64,000 nucleotides of DNA from NCBI GenBank assembly GCA_951406725.2, contig OX597831.1, positions 38,006,001 through 38,070,000 of the forward strand, given 5' to 3'. A program made the translations under genes and the position numbers. Each line of letters begins with the position of its first letter. Positions within the stretch are counted from its first letter, which is position 1. The notes beneath the pieces are model-generated. The model did no database searches. It was not told the origin of the DNA and was given only the letters and a program-made list of their open reading frames with translations. Origin of the DNA: Octopus vulgaris (lineage: Eukaryota). This document shows, piece after piece, positions 39,623 through 53,689 of the stretch.

Positions 39623-39838
39623 AAAATCAAAACAAAACATGGAACAAAACGTAACAGGCGACAAGAAAACATTCGGACAGTAGGTCCTACCGAAACTGCA
39701 AAGATGATCTGCTTCTCGACTGTAGATTGAAGCTCCGAATGACCCATCTTTGTTTATTTCTCTCCTTTTTAGCATCACCTACTGTCCGAATGTTTTCTTG
39801 TCGCCTGTTATGACTTGTTCCATTTTTGTTCTGATTTT
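39623..39838. repeat. Inverted repeat (~62-bp arms, 34-bp perfect core)
   Basis: 39623-39685 versus 39777-39838; TAACAGGCGACAAGAAAACATTCGGACAGTAGGT and its reverse complement. Confidence 0.85.
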
Positions 39839-40258
39839 ATATGTGTGTGCGTGTGTGTGTGTGTGTGTGTGACGACAGATAGATAGATAGATAGATAGAT
39901 ACATACATACATACATACATACATTTATGTCTAATCACAAATTCTCTTTACTTAATTCTCTTTTACATTATAATAAATCAACAGGTCACTACAGCTTGGG
40001 AAACCAATTGTAAATAAATGACAAACAGCAGGTGTTATATACTCAATTTCATTATATTATACTAGTTTCATTATTTTAATGGTTCCAATCAGGCTATGAG
40101 CTGACACATTTTCTCTCATCTTAGCATATACGGGTACATATTTCAGAAACTGCCGCAAGATATTAAATGTGATTGCGTAGCTCTTCTTCTGTTGTGATTA
40201 ATTTCTTATATATACATAAACACACACACATACATATATATGTATAGATATGTGTGTG

Positions 40259-40315
<57 letters not shown>

Positions 40316-40817
40316 GAATAAGTTGGAGTCAAAAAGTAGGAGTACAGTTGGACATATATTAGTAGTCACTATAGTTGTTTCCACGCAACGTAGTTCTCTC
40401 GCTTTGCAGGTAGTTGTTTATGTAACCGTTTCCCTGGATTATGAAATCTAGTTTTGTTTCCTCAGGCCATATATAAATATTGTGTCCGTAAACGCAAATT
40501 TTCGGCTCCAAGAGCCACCTGTCAGTCTGTCGTGGCCTGCTAGGTAATAGGAGCCACTGAACGTTGCTGTCACTAAGGTTGGACGAGCTTTACACCGTAC
40601 TCTACTACGCTCTTTAGCAGATTATAACATAAAATTATATGTGTATATATGTATGTGTGTGCGTGCGTGTTTGTGTAGTGGGACAACCTCTATGCAACAG
40701 CCGTGAAATAAAGTCGCTTGATTCATTGCAACATATCAGCGCCCCTTAATAAGGGCATATAAACAATTTTGGACTTTGTAAATATTTTAGATCATAAATA
40801 TATATTTATCAAACAAC

Positions 40818-41022
40818 ATTATGTACGTTATTTACATTTGACGGATATTTGTCCTCATCTTGTTTGTTGTTAACACAATGTTTCGGCTGATGTACCCTCC
40901 ATCCTTCATAAGGTGTCTGACGGGTATATCAGCCGAAACGTTGTGTTCACAACAAACAATTTGAAGGCAAATATCCGTAGATAATGTACATAATTCCTCA
41001 TCTCTTAAATATAGAAATGTAT
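40818..41022. mobile_element. Fold-back PLE-like tail with a degenerate hammerhead
   Basis: Arms at ~40818-40897 and 40922-40994; minus strand CAC-CTTATGA-A-GGATG...CAGCC-GAAA-CA-TT-GTG; the plus arm keeps CAGCCGAAACGTTGTG. Confidence 0.65.
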
Positions 41023-41558
41023 TATCAAACTACATATAATCAATTATTTTTCCTCCAAAATGGCAAATTTTGCTTCTAATAGTAACAATCACTCAAAAAT
41101 TATTTACACACCGATTTTTAAAAAAAATTATCTACTACTAAACTACGAATGATAACTTATTCCGATAGCATGAAATTATAACGTTATCAAAAACTAATTT
41201 GTTATGAAAAGCATAAGAAAACGGATCTGCTATACAATTATTCTACTACTTAACTACCTGTTTTCTAGTAAATAAATAAATTATATATATTGTTTATATA
41301 CATATAAACATACATATGTACCTATACAGATGTGTATAGGTACATATATACACACACATACACATACTTATATAAAGCTCTGTGAAAAGTAATTTCCTTC
41401 CCAATAATATGATTGCGTTTTATGTCCCATTGCGAGACACATCGGGCAAACGTCTTCTAATATAGTCACTGGCCAACTAACGCCCTTTCAGTACACGTGG
41501 TACACGGTAACTGAAAGAAGACCGTCGTATTTATATATATATATGTATATATATATAC

Positions 41559-41620
<62 letters not shown>

Positions 41621-41621
<1 letters not shown>

Positions 41622-41722
41622 ACAAAAATTTAGACTCATGAATATGGTACTTCAGATGAGGCACCAGAATTTAGTACGGGATTATCCATACAATTTCAAA
41701 GTAAGGTGATTAAAATCAAAAT
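41621..41722 (-). mobile_element. Second copy of the 3917-4021 repeat tail, between (TA)n tracts
   Basis: Reverse complement shares TAATCACCTTA, ATGGATAAT, TACTAAATTCTGGTGCCTCA and TCTAAATTTTTG. Confidence 0.75.
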
Positions 41723-41785
41723 ATTTAATAATATATATATATATATATATGATAGAATGATTACTGTGAAGCATTTTCTAGAATA

Positions 41786-42014
<229 letters not shown>

Positions 42015-42052
42015 TATTTATATATATGTTTGTATGTATATATACATGTATA

Positions 42053-42093
<41 letters not shown>

Positions 42094-42629
42094 GTATATA
42101 TATATGTACATACACACGTATACGTATGCGTAAATACCAATTTAAAAAGAGGCAATCACACTGACTGTCATATTTCAAGGTATATCAATATCAATCGTCT
42201 TCACATTCAGACTATGCCTTTGTGAAGTAAATATTCCATTCCGAAGCTCTTCTGCTTCACTAATCTTCGCAGCAACATCATACTTAGTGTTGTTTAACTA
42301 GAAATAATTAAAAACTAATAAAGAAATCATGACATTTTACTCATACCTCTTAACTGTTAAGATCGAATTAGACTTGCTAGAGTTTACAAATCTTGCCAAT
42401 TTCAGTTTCCGAATGACTGTAAATTTCTTTAAAAGATATTGATTTTCGTATGTAGTCTTTATCCTGCCTTTCAGCCAATATCTTGTGGACAGTTCGCTTA
42501 GTTGGTTGTTACTCATTCAGATTTGTGTACGTAAATGATACGATGGTATTTGAACTTCAATGAATCTTCTGAAGTGAAATAATTATATTAGAAATTAGCT
42601 GATTGCGAAAACGAATAGAATGCAAATAA

Positions 42630-43080
<451 letters not shown>

Positions 43081-43083
<3 letters not shown>

Positions 43084-43634
43084 GCCCTGATGCAGTACCA
43101 GGCAGTGGCTCTCATGGCTCCTGATCTTAACTGACTGGAAGTGTTATCATGTACATTGTTTTGTCTTGGTATAAAAGATGGGCTACAGCAAATATTCTGC
43201 TCAATACCACAGATTTGCTTGTCAGTTGTTTGACCTTAACCAGTTGAGCATGTCCCCGAGTGGCTGACAATATGTGCATCTCTGATCACGAGCAGAAGTA
43301 GTGGGGGAGCATCATAGCCATGTGTTGAGAGGGATTGTTTGGGGTTTGAATAGTTCACCTCTGGAAACATGAGTGGTTCTTTCAACATCCTCAAACAACC
43401 TTTAATCAGGGACCTTTTGAGCGGGATGGGCTACCCAACCTGAAGAAAATTCTAACTGGGCCCCACCTGCAAGGTCATGTGCTGTTTATCTTGATATGCG
43501 ATCACCATGTCGCGCACATATGGTTGTGATGCATGTGCCTGGTGTACCCTTATCAGACGGGTAGTCATGATGGGTATATTGGGCTTTGTATATTTTACTC
43601 CAGTGTCACTTTGATGGCATGAACTGCTCTCTCA
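43081..43634 (+). mobile_element. ~550-bp apparently non-coding element embedded in (AAT)n
   Basis: A second, 5'-truncated copy lies at 36978-37356 with the same 3' end (GAACTGCTCTCTC); no long ORF and no recognisable tRNA head. Confidence 0.8.
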
Positions 43635-43721
43635 ATAATAATAATAATATTAATAATAATAATAATAATAATAATAAAAATAATAATAATGATGATGATG
43701 ATGATGATGATGATGATATTC

Positions 43722-43823
<102 letters not shown>

Positions 43824-43849
43824 GTCAAGACGAAGAGCGCGATTCGATT

Positions 43850-44145
43850 ATAAGATATTTTATTAGTTGAACGATATTTCAACAGTACGTTGGTATACAT
43901 TGGACAAGAAGATATATATGCATAGCATACAAAGGTAAAATAAGAAAAATGGGCGGAGAAGGACGATAGAGATGTGACCCTCCTGATACAGAAGCGCCTT
44001 TTTGGAACCCCACTCTCCGAGGTTTTCCTCAAATCCTATGATTAAGTGCCTTCTCCAGTTGCTTCTCTCCGACTCAGAGGTGTACACGTAGGAGGGTGTG
44101 CCATCCACTCGCGCCATTTTCGCAGCTTTCACCCACCTTTCAATA
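43850..44145 (-). mobile_element. 3' end of a Tx1/L1-like LINE
   Basis: Minus strand ERWVKAAKMARVDG resembles the C-terminus at ~48330 (FKKRWVNVAK); followed by a UTR with AATAAA; 5' end abuts (GAC/GAT)n. Confidence 0.55.
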
Positions 44146-45890
44146 TGATAACGACGACGACGATGAGTATGACGATGACGACGACCACGATGATGATGAT
44201 GATGGACTCTCCCGTCAAAGATGAGATATGAGTGTATTGCCACAAAAAAATCTCAAGCTGGCATGCAGAAGGCCATTGCCTTTTGCATGTCATCTTAATG
44301 TCCATAGGCTAAACAATGACTATAATGTGTTATGCTCATCTGTGGAGGAGGCTGCAGCACATATTCTTTCTGAAAATGTGCATAGAAACGCGGGAAGGTG
44401 TGTTTGCTGATGCAGGCGCAGCTCTGAGTAGGTACAGATGGAGTTGTGTGGATGAACATTCGGAGCCTTATAGAGGTGCAATCATATTTTTGTGGTTAAT
44501 AAATTCGCTTCACAGAGACATGCACCTTCTGCGCCACTGCGAGGCTCCTTAGCAAATGACATATACTGTAGCCCTGAGACAACAAGTGTTTTGAGAGTGG
44601 AAGCTGAGCAAGGCCGTCTTAAATTTACCTATCAATCTACCTATAAATATGTCTGTCTGTCTATCTAAGAAGGCATGAGGCAATATTATAACAAAGTTGT
44701 CCAACGTGCAACGCATTGAGAGTGAACCCGGAACGACTGGGTTTGCTCGTGTGTGTATGCGTGCTTTTCTGTGTGTGCATGTGCATTTTTTGTGTCTGTT
44801 AATCTATCAAAGTTTGCCAACATGCGAATATTCCTTTATATCTGTATAAGTTAGCAGCTCTGGAAAATGAACCTGCAGAAAAATTGTCCTCATCTGGGTC
44901 CATATCATCTCAGTGAGGGTGGGTGAATACATATAAGATTTGTAGGGCTCCACAGAAGCAAAATAGTCAATTGGGGATCCAAAGTAGTACTTTTTGTTTT
45001 TGATCTATTTATGATAAGAAACAATTAGGTTTTGTTCTCGAATGCCTTTAACAGTTCAGCATATTTCGTGCCGCTGGAATATGTGCGCTTAGAGACTATT
45101 ATAATAAACCTAAACAAGTGAATGTGTGAAAAGAAAATAGGAATTTAGAACGAAGTATCAACAAAACCAGTTTTTACACATGAGATGCTTATGTTTGTGT
45201 GGCACCAGCATAAATGAGTCGAAAGTAAAAACCAAAAAAATACTGCTTTACAAGAAACAAATACGAGACACAAAGGTAAATTCTGATGTCGATTTCGATC
45301 TAGTAAAACATTTGATTTGATGGAAGATAACATGGCCTGAGCTCATGGGGGGAAAACAAGATATAATTTGAAGAACAGATATGCATGATGAATGTAAATA
45401 GTAGCTCGGGTAAGTCAGCTGCAGGGAGATCAGGATAAGCTGAAAACAGGTTTTACATGTTTTACTCGGGGCTACAGACAAATCGTAACACCTGCAGTTA
45501 ACATATGAACCACCATCACCACTTTTATTTGAATATCGCATAGAATATCCTATGAGACATGGTCGCGTAGTGACTCACAATACATATCAATCGATAAATA
45601 AAACTAACTATATAAATAAGTATATATATATATACATACATTAAATAAATAATCACTTAGGCTTGAAATTAAAAAAGAAAACAAAATGAAAGTGACAAAC
45701 AAAACAATTAAAACCAATGAAATTGTAAATATTATCATGAATAATTCAGTCGAATATGAAATCTTGTTAGAAGTAGCTGAGCAAGATTTTTCTTTTATAT
45801 TTTTACATTTATTACATTAATTTGGATGTGTGTGTGTACATCTATCTATCTACTTATCTTTCTTTCCCTCACTCTCTCTTCTCTCACTTT

Positions 45891-45942
<52 letters not shown>

Positions 45943-45979
45943 ACAAACATATAAGGGATGGCCATAATAGGATATCCGA

Positions 45980-46024
<45 letters not shown>

Positions 46025-46089
46025 GCATATCTAAATACATATATTTCAGTATATGTACATATACATATATATAATCAAGTGCGTTCGTA

Positions 46090-46473
46090 TCTCTCTCTAT
46101 ATAAACGGCAGTTTGTCTGTGCGTTTTCTGTGTGTCTGTTTTCTCGTACCCTCACTCTGACCACGGCTTTCAACCGATTCTGATGAAACTTGACACACAC
46201 ATAGCCCAATGTCATAATTCAAAACTAACGCAGCGATAATTTTGAAAAGTTCCCCCAGTTCTGAAAAAAATCGATAAATTTCACATGGGGTCGAGAATCA
46301 GAAACCCAAACCACAGACCGTCTAGGGGACGCAACTCCACCTTTTTTAACCCTCAAAAAAAATTTGCCATAATTTTTTTTCCATTTTTTTGCTATTTTTT
46401 GGCTATAACTCTCTAAAAATGCTTTATAGTTATTTCCCTTACAAACCTGAGCAACGCCGGGCGATACTGCTAG
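46090..46473 (+). mobile_element. Non-autonomous Helitron
   Basis: A|TC start; CCTGAGCAACGCCGGG hairpin; CTAG|T end; last ~70 bp shared with 30965-31479. Confidence 0.85.
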
Positions 46474-46610
46474 TTGGTATATACAATATTATACGCACGT
46501 TTGTTTATAATTATTATGAAGTAGATATGCATGAATGTATATACATAAACACTCAAAAAACACACACTTGTATATATATAAATGTATCCATGTGTGTGTG
46601 TATGTGTCTT

Positions 46611-46648
<38 letters not shown>

Positions 46649-46928
46649 TTTGTGTGCGCGCGCGCGTTTGTGTGTGTGTATGTAAATAGCGTTTTCCTTC
46701 CAGTTAGTCAGCTTTTCTGTATTTTCTATTCAGAAATATATTTTATTAACTTAGATTCATTCTTTACTATACTACGTACTAATCAAATACTAAGTTTACT
46801 ATAATGGTGACTTAACTTCATTTCTTCTATATTTTCCCAACCACATTTATTTACAATTATTTTTATTTTTTTGTTTCTTTTTCATGTACTTATGATATTT
46901 AACTACGTCTTTTTTTCTCTCTCTTCAG

Positions 46929-47054
46929 GATTGTGATAACTCAATTAATTGATAATTATATTAAGCTGCTTGTTTCTGTTATGGAAAAACAGTGATAAAA
47001 CTCTTCATATAACATGCATGAGAATCTAATAGAGCAAATGAGAAACGAGGAGAC
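46929..47054 (+). other. Candidate exon (possible ATG at 47014, MHENLIEQMRNEE)
   Basis: Strong acceptor TTTTTTCTCTCTCTTCAG|G and donor AC|GTATGG in non-repetitive sequence; no homology recognised. Confidence 0.25.
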
Positions 47055-47235
47055 GTATGGAAATAAGTGAATAAATACGTAAAGAAATGTATAAAAACAC
47101 AGCATTAATAAACATTTAATTACCGCTATTGACAGCTTTTAACGAAGCTTTTCATAGTGTAATCTAAATATTATAAAAACACGATAAGTTCATAATTAAA
47201 TGTAAAAAAATAAATGAAATTAACAAAACTAATAG

Positions 47236-47288
<53 letters not shown>

Positions 47289-47369
47289 ATATATATATAT
47301 ACACTAAATATATATATATGATATATAATTATCATCATGTATAATATATATATGTATATATATATAATT

Positions 47370-47463
<94 letters not shown>

Positions 47464-47604
47464 TATACATATATATTACAAACATATATATATATAGTAC
47501 ATGTATGCTATATATATGTAAGCCTATCTAGGTATGTGTATGTGTGTGTGTATGCGTGTATGTCTGTGTGTATATGTACGTATATATATATGTATATATG
47601 TATG

Positions 47605-47651
<47 letters not shown>

Positions 47652-47991
47652 TTATATATATTTATGTATGCATACATATATGTATATCTCTGTATTTATT
47701 CATTCATATATGAATATGTGAATGTGTGTGTGTGTGTGTTTGTTTGAATTTTTGATGCAATGCCAATACGAGCTGGTAATTATGCATTTCAACTTTCTTT
47801 GGTGTTTATTCATGAATATTTGCTTCAGTTTTTGTTAATGGTGCTTTCCACGACCATTATGACGACCAACATTATAAACATTATCATCCTCAAAGTATCA
47901 GCATTCGAAATAAGGTATTTCCGATGACTATGTTATTGATGCTAATAAATAAATGTAGTTGAGGTGGTGGTGGTGTTACGGTGCAGATGAC

Positions 47992-49620
47992 TTTCTTTAT
48001 TGGCCACACAGGGCTGAACACAGAGGGTACAAATACAAATGTAGAGTTTTTCTTTTTCGAAAATGAAAAACAAAAGGGGGGAAAAAATTAAATTCCGATC
48101 AAAAGGGATCGGGTGTAAAAAAAAGACGATCAAAAGGAATCGTATATCACAGAAGAATTTTTTTAAATGTAAAAGCAAGATTAAGTTTATACATGGAAAG
48201 AAAGGCATATGGAAAAGACCACGGTAACCTCAGGCAGAGAGGGACTAAACACATGAGAGCAAAGTGCACTCTCTCTCTCTCTTTTCAATTTACAGGATCA
48301 TGCTCAAAGCAGTTTCCTCACTCGCACGAACCATTTCGCTACATTCACCCACCTTTTTTTGAAACTTTCACGAGACAAAACCTGCCTCTCCATTCTCATC
48401 TTCCTTTTCACCTTGGCCAAAATTTTGTAATCTGCGTTGAGCAGTGATGGGCCTGAAGTTATCTATGACGTTCTCCTTGTTTGGATCTTTCCTTAGCAGT
48501 GCCATCGTTCCTCGCTTTACAAAGGCGGGAATACTCCTCTTTTGCTGTCAGTTGCAGTAGACAGCTGCCATGACGCCTCCAACCAAGTCTGGCATATGAC
48601 TATATAGTTCGTAGGGCAAACCATCCGAGCCTCGTGACTTGTCTCTCGCGCAGCCTGCCATCGCATCCCGTACTTCCGCAGCTGTGATGGATCATTCACA
48701 ACAGTCCGCCTCTCTTGTTGAGAGTCGTGGCAGGCCATGCAGGTCGGCACTAAAGTCCACTGCATTCTGACCCACCATTTGTCCCGAGCAGTCGGGAAAA
48801 GTGTTGTTGAAAGACCTTACATCCTTTCAGGCTTGAGTAATTTGAGCCCCTGTTCCTCAGACCACGCATCCTAGCTTTAAGATCGCATCCTTCGTGTTTG
48901 GCGTTGAAGTGTTGGTTGAGGGCCAACTTCGCTGCCAGTACTAAGTGCTTCTTCTAATTTCTTAACGAGGTCTCCCTCTATTCTATTTCGGTCTAATACT
49001 AGGGCGTTACTGCACCAAACCGATTCTGCTTTAATCGCTTTCTTTAGGGCATACAACCGTCTGTTGTTAATGGTGGCACCCGTCAATGCTCTCTTAACTA
49101 ATGTGCTAATCCGGTCCCTGTAAGCCTGGCGTGCCGTGAATGACGCGTTCAGCTTCCAGTAACCGGGACCCTGCCTACGTGTTTTATCTAAGTCAAGTGT
49201 ACAAGTCCCAAATTCGTGGTCTGTTAACTGACTATATGGAATTGTGGACAACCTACAGTATTCTTATGCCCTGTCCTACAGAATACGCTATGTACAATTG
49301 GGACGACCCGATGCGGTTGTTCCATGTCCCCATTGGCACATTCGGGTGCTCCAGTCGGTACCTGTTAGATAATTGGAAACGTCTGAGCAGGTCTTTGAGG
49401 CAGCAGCATCCCCTCCTATTACTATCTCTGCCCACGTAGTCTAGATGTGTGTCCAGGGTAGCGTTCCAGTCCCCCACTAAAAGTAAAGGTCGAGACGTAT
49501 CCAGGAAAATCTCTAGACGTGGAAAGATATCTGCCCGGCTTGTTAAGGACGGTGCATTAACATTTATCAATCGAAAACCACACTCATTGCTACCATCGAT
49601 ATCCAACAGCAACATCAACT
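47992..49620 (-). mobile_element. Tx1/L1-clade LINE, 5'-truncated and internally deleted
   Basis: APE endonuclease (INVNAP, LLVGDWNATLD, TDH), GPGYWKLN, and RT start (LLRKDPNK...NFRPIT..NADYKILAKV) joined at ~48410 directly to the C-terminus; 3' UTR with AATAAAGAAA. Confidence 0.9.
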
Positions 49621-49812
49621 TCGTCGATGATGATGCTGACGAAGGTGATGTTGCTGTTGCTGCTACTGCTGCTGTTGCTCATGATGATGGTGATGATGAC
49701 GGTGATGATGATGGAGATGATAATTATCACGAGGATACTGTTGACGATGATGATGATGTTGACGAAGATGATATCGCTGCTGCTGATGAAGATGATGACG
49801 AAGAAGATGGCT

Positions 49813-49851
<39 letters not shown>

Positions 49852-50158
49852 GTGATGGTGGTAGTGACGACGATGATAATGATGACAGTGATCGTGATAG
49901 AGGTGACGTTAGGGATTAAAATGGTGATGATGATGGTGATGATAATGATGGCGATGCTCATAACGACGTTGATGAGTTGGTTGTGTTTTCATTGTCGTCG
50001 TCGGCGTCGGAGGTTAAGGAGTAGGAGGAAAAGGAGAAGGAAGGATGATGAAGGAGGAGGTTGAGGAGGTGGAGTGTGACGGTGGTTATGCTTTTGGTAG
50101 TGATAATGTGGATAATATCATAGGTCGTGTTCGAAGAGTTGCTGGAAATGATTGTGAC

Positions 50159-50203
<45 letters not shown>

Positions 50204-50290
50204 GACGACGACGATGATGAGGACGACGACGATGATGATGATAATAATAGCTGTGGTTATGGTGTAGGTGGTAGTTTTGATGATTTTAAC
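49620..50290. repeat. Degenerate (GAT/GAC)n low-complexity region
   Basis: Direct inspection; explains the D-, M- and I-rich ORFs in several frames. Confidence 0.9.
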
Positions 50291-50504
50291 CACGATCACG
50301 TTGGTCATTGCCCTGCTTTAGTTGGTCGAATTGAGATTATAATTGTTGCTAATATTAATCCTTGAAACTAAGGCGTTGAGCCGGCATTTCGTCCGTCTAT
50401 ACATTCTGATATCGAATTCCACTGACATTGACCTTGCGTTTCTGGGTCGATAAAATAATTACTACTTGGACACTGGGGTCGTTTTAATCTACTAAAAAGA
50501 AACA

Positions 50505-50905
50505 AGTCTTTTCTATTCTAAGCATAAGGCCGCAAATTTTGGAGGAGGAGGCCAGTCGATTAGATTGACTCCAGTACGCAACTGCTAATTAATTTATCGA
50601 CTCCGAAAAGAATGAAAGCCAGAATCGACCTCGGTGGAATTTGAACTCAGAATATAAAGACAGACGATATACCTATTTCTTTAGTGCCCAGAAGGGGCTA
50701 AACACTGAGTGGACGAACAAGCACAGACAAACGAATAAAGTCGATTATATCGACCCCAGATCGTAACTGGTGCTTATTTAATCAACCCCAAAAGGATGAA
50801 AGGCAAAGTCGACCTCGTCGGAATTTGAATTCAGAACGTAGCAGCAGACGAAATACCGCTAAGCATTATGCCCTGCATGCTAACGTTTCTGCCAGCTCAC
50901 CGCCT
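50505..50905 (-). mobile_element. Dimeric family A SINE (Tx1-tailed unit at 50674-50905 plus a headless unit)
   Basis: Minus strand ...AGCCCCTTCTGGGCACTAAAGAAATA|GGTATATCGTCTG...GAGTTCAAATTCC. Confidence 0.85.
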
Positions 50906-51266
50906 TTTTTAAAGAAATAACTAACACGTTAAAACTAATAGACTTGAATAATTTTTACAAATACCCGTTGCATAATTTTATATTTGAATGTCATTATACA
51001 TTTGGAAACAAAGTTTGCAATTAAAAACCCAGGTGACTTGTGCTTGATAGTATGTTTCAAGAATGGTGAATGTAAGCAATCTTTATATACATATATATTC
51101 ATTTGTAATCCTATACACACACAGACACACAGACACACCTGTGCTTAGGTGTGTGTGTGTTTGAAACTCCATAGAACTGTATTGTTAACATTTATCAAAC
51201 TCTTTGAAATTTGCAGTGAACATCTCACCGTCAAATATGCATTACGTGTACATACATGCATGTATT

Positions 51267-51307
<41 letters not shown>

Positions 51308-51499
51308 ATGAGTGAACGTGCATCAGTGTGACTTTATATACATCATGTATTTGTGTCTGCGTGCGTGTGTGCATATTTAGCGAAACGAGGTCGCTTTGCT
51401 CTTCTTTGATGTATGCAGTTATTGAGCAAATGTCTACAATACATATTTCATAATTTATTGCAATATATTTTTTCTTTTAAAATATATATTTCTCCCCAT

Positions 51500-52350
51500 T
51501 TTTCTATATTTTATTATTCAAAGTATATCCGCTGAATATCATGTTCATGTATGTTGGTCTTATGATCGACAGACATTATAAAGCATTCATTTATACTTAG
51601 GTCTCTGAAGTGGCAGGCGTTATATTGCACAAAATATAGAGTATTTGCAAAATCACACTGATGTCTGAGCTGTAACATAGAATGCATTGTTGATTGCCAG
51701 AAATAATTCAACCAAAGTTATTGTCGTATTTGATTTCAGAAAATAAAATAGAGACCGCCGTCTGTATTATATCTTCAAATTTTGCGATATTCTGTTTGAT
51801 GGTATCCTCTATAAAGCACCAGATGCGCTCTCTGATTAAAAATATCCATCAGTTTGTGGAATATACAATATAGAGCAACATAAATAGTGTCTGCTTTATA
51901 ATGTGGTCATGTATGTAGAGTTTGTCTCAATCGTGACAGACAACATTGAATAACAGATTACCTGTCTCATATCATCTTTCGGTCTGTGGAATGACAATGT
52001 ACAGTTGACTCTGTCTCGTGTAATAAATATTATTGAACATCAGATACAGTGTCTATTTTAAATTACTCTTGTCTATATAGAATATATATATATATCTTAA
52101 TAATGGCAAGCAATATTAAGTGCCAGAAAAATCTTCTGTCCAAAATATTCTTCCTGTCTACAGAATGACATATAATAATAGAACACCAGATGTACTGTAC
52201 GTCCAAAATCATACTCCAATGATTTGACTTGTGAAATGACAGCAGAAACGTATGATTCAGTGCCTGTCGCCAATTATGATTGTATATGTAGAGCGATAGA
52301 TATGAATGGCATTGTGATTTACACTTCGGTCTTCGCAAAGAAAAGCTATA
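51500..52350 (+). pseudogene. Possible decayed immunoglobulin-superfamily coding segments
   Basis: Frameshifted peptides ENKIETAVCIISS...YNVVMYVEFVSIVTDNIE*QITCLISSFGLWNDNVQLTL and, after the acceptor TTCCTGTCTACAG, PDVLYVQNHTPMI/LTCEM...YDCICRAIDMNG; both resemble Ig strands. Confidence 0.3.
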
Positions 52351-53689
52351 TATAACATTATTTATAATGAAGGCAGCGAGCTGGTGCAACCCTTGCCGCG
52401 CCGAGCTTTTGCGTTCTGCATTCAAATTCCGCTGAGGTCAACTTTGTCTTTTATCATTTCGGAGACGATAAAACAAGTAGCATTTGAAAAGTGGGGTCGA
52501 TTACATTCACTGAGCGCTAGTCTTCTACGAAAATTTAAAATCAATATTAATTATAATCTATTTCTGAACTTGTTCCTTATCTTATATTAAGTTTATCTTA
52601 TGCCACCTAGTACAGTTATTATATCACATATTTGATAATGCTACTGTTGTACTATATTATTCTTATTGATGATACTTCATAGTTTGGGAATGTATATAGT
52701 TCATACTGACGATATCGTATACAATTTCTTATACATCTATGCATATACTGTAATTTTATGCTATCTAATTATAGACGCGATAATGATATTCTCTTATGGT
52801 ATCTGTTTTCGCTGAATCATATTTGAAATATAAACAACTTACTGAGGAAGTGTGGTGCCAGTTTGAAACTACCATAGATATCACAATTCTTACATAAATC
52901 ATCTTATGCTGTAAAACGTCAGATTATGTTATTGCTTAGCTCCAGAGGATTCGTAATAGACTAGACTTGTGATCAAAGGCGTTCAATTCATGATCAATGA
53001 GATACTGCTTTGCCGTTCGCATCCCCTCCTTTTTGAGAATCTTTTTTTTCTGCTACAGGTTTGAATTATATTTAGTTGCTAATCCTAACAGCAGCCGAAT
53101 AGCCTTCAAGTTTACTCCCTTACTCATAAAGCCTCTGTAGTTTCACGCATAAAGTTGTAGTAGTTACATCTTGTCTATTGTCAGGTTCTATTTTGTATCG
53201 ATTTCATATATTTCACTGGTATGGCTACTGCTGCGCGCACACAATTATAGGTAAGTTCTCTTAATGTAAATTCTTAGTGATACTTATATCTAAAGCCACC
53301 TTAGGATATTTTGCAGCCTCTCATCATATACCATTAGTTTTCATTTCACCTTTCGCTTCAAAAGAAGCTGAGTACATAACACAATGTAGAGTGTGCTTCC
53401 AATAAAATTATGAATACCAATTCAATACCATTTTCGTTGGAAAATGTATAATATGAAGTCACGGATAAAAGTAGGCGCTTATTATTTTTTGTGACTATGG
53501 AGAATAACCTGGGAATGGATAATAATATACTTGTCAAAAGATACTGAACATAGACGTGTAAAAATATGGTAACATTTCGTGAAAGAAGCCGTGAAAATTA
53601 TGTTAAAATGCATACTGAATACACTGTAACGTTTAAATAACTACAAGTTGATAGCATCGTGAGGGCATCGTGAACAAAAAAGGCTAAAG

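Noticed and set aside
49449-50365. Asp-rich ORFs resembling acidic biomineralisation proteins
   Set aside because: Degenerate (GAT)n open in several frames, starting in antisense Tx1 sequence, with no signal peptide or splice support
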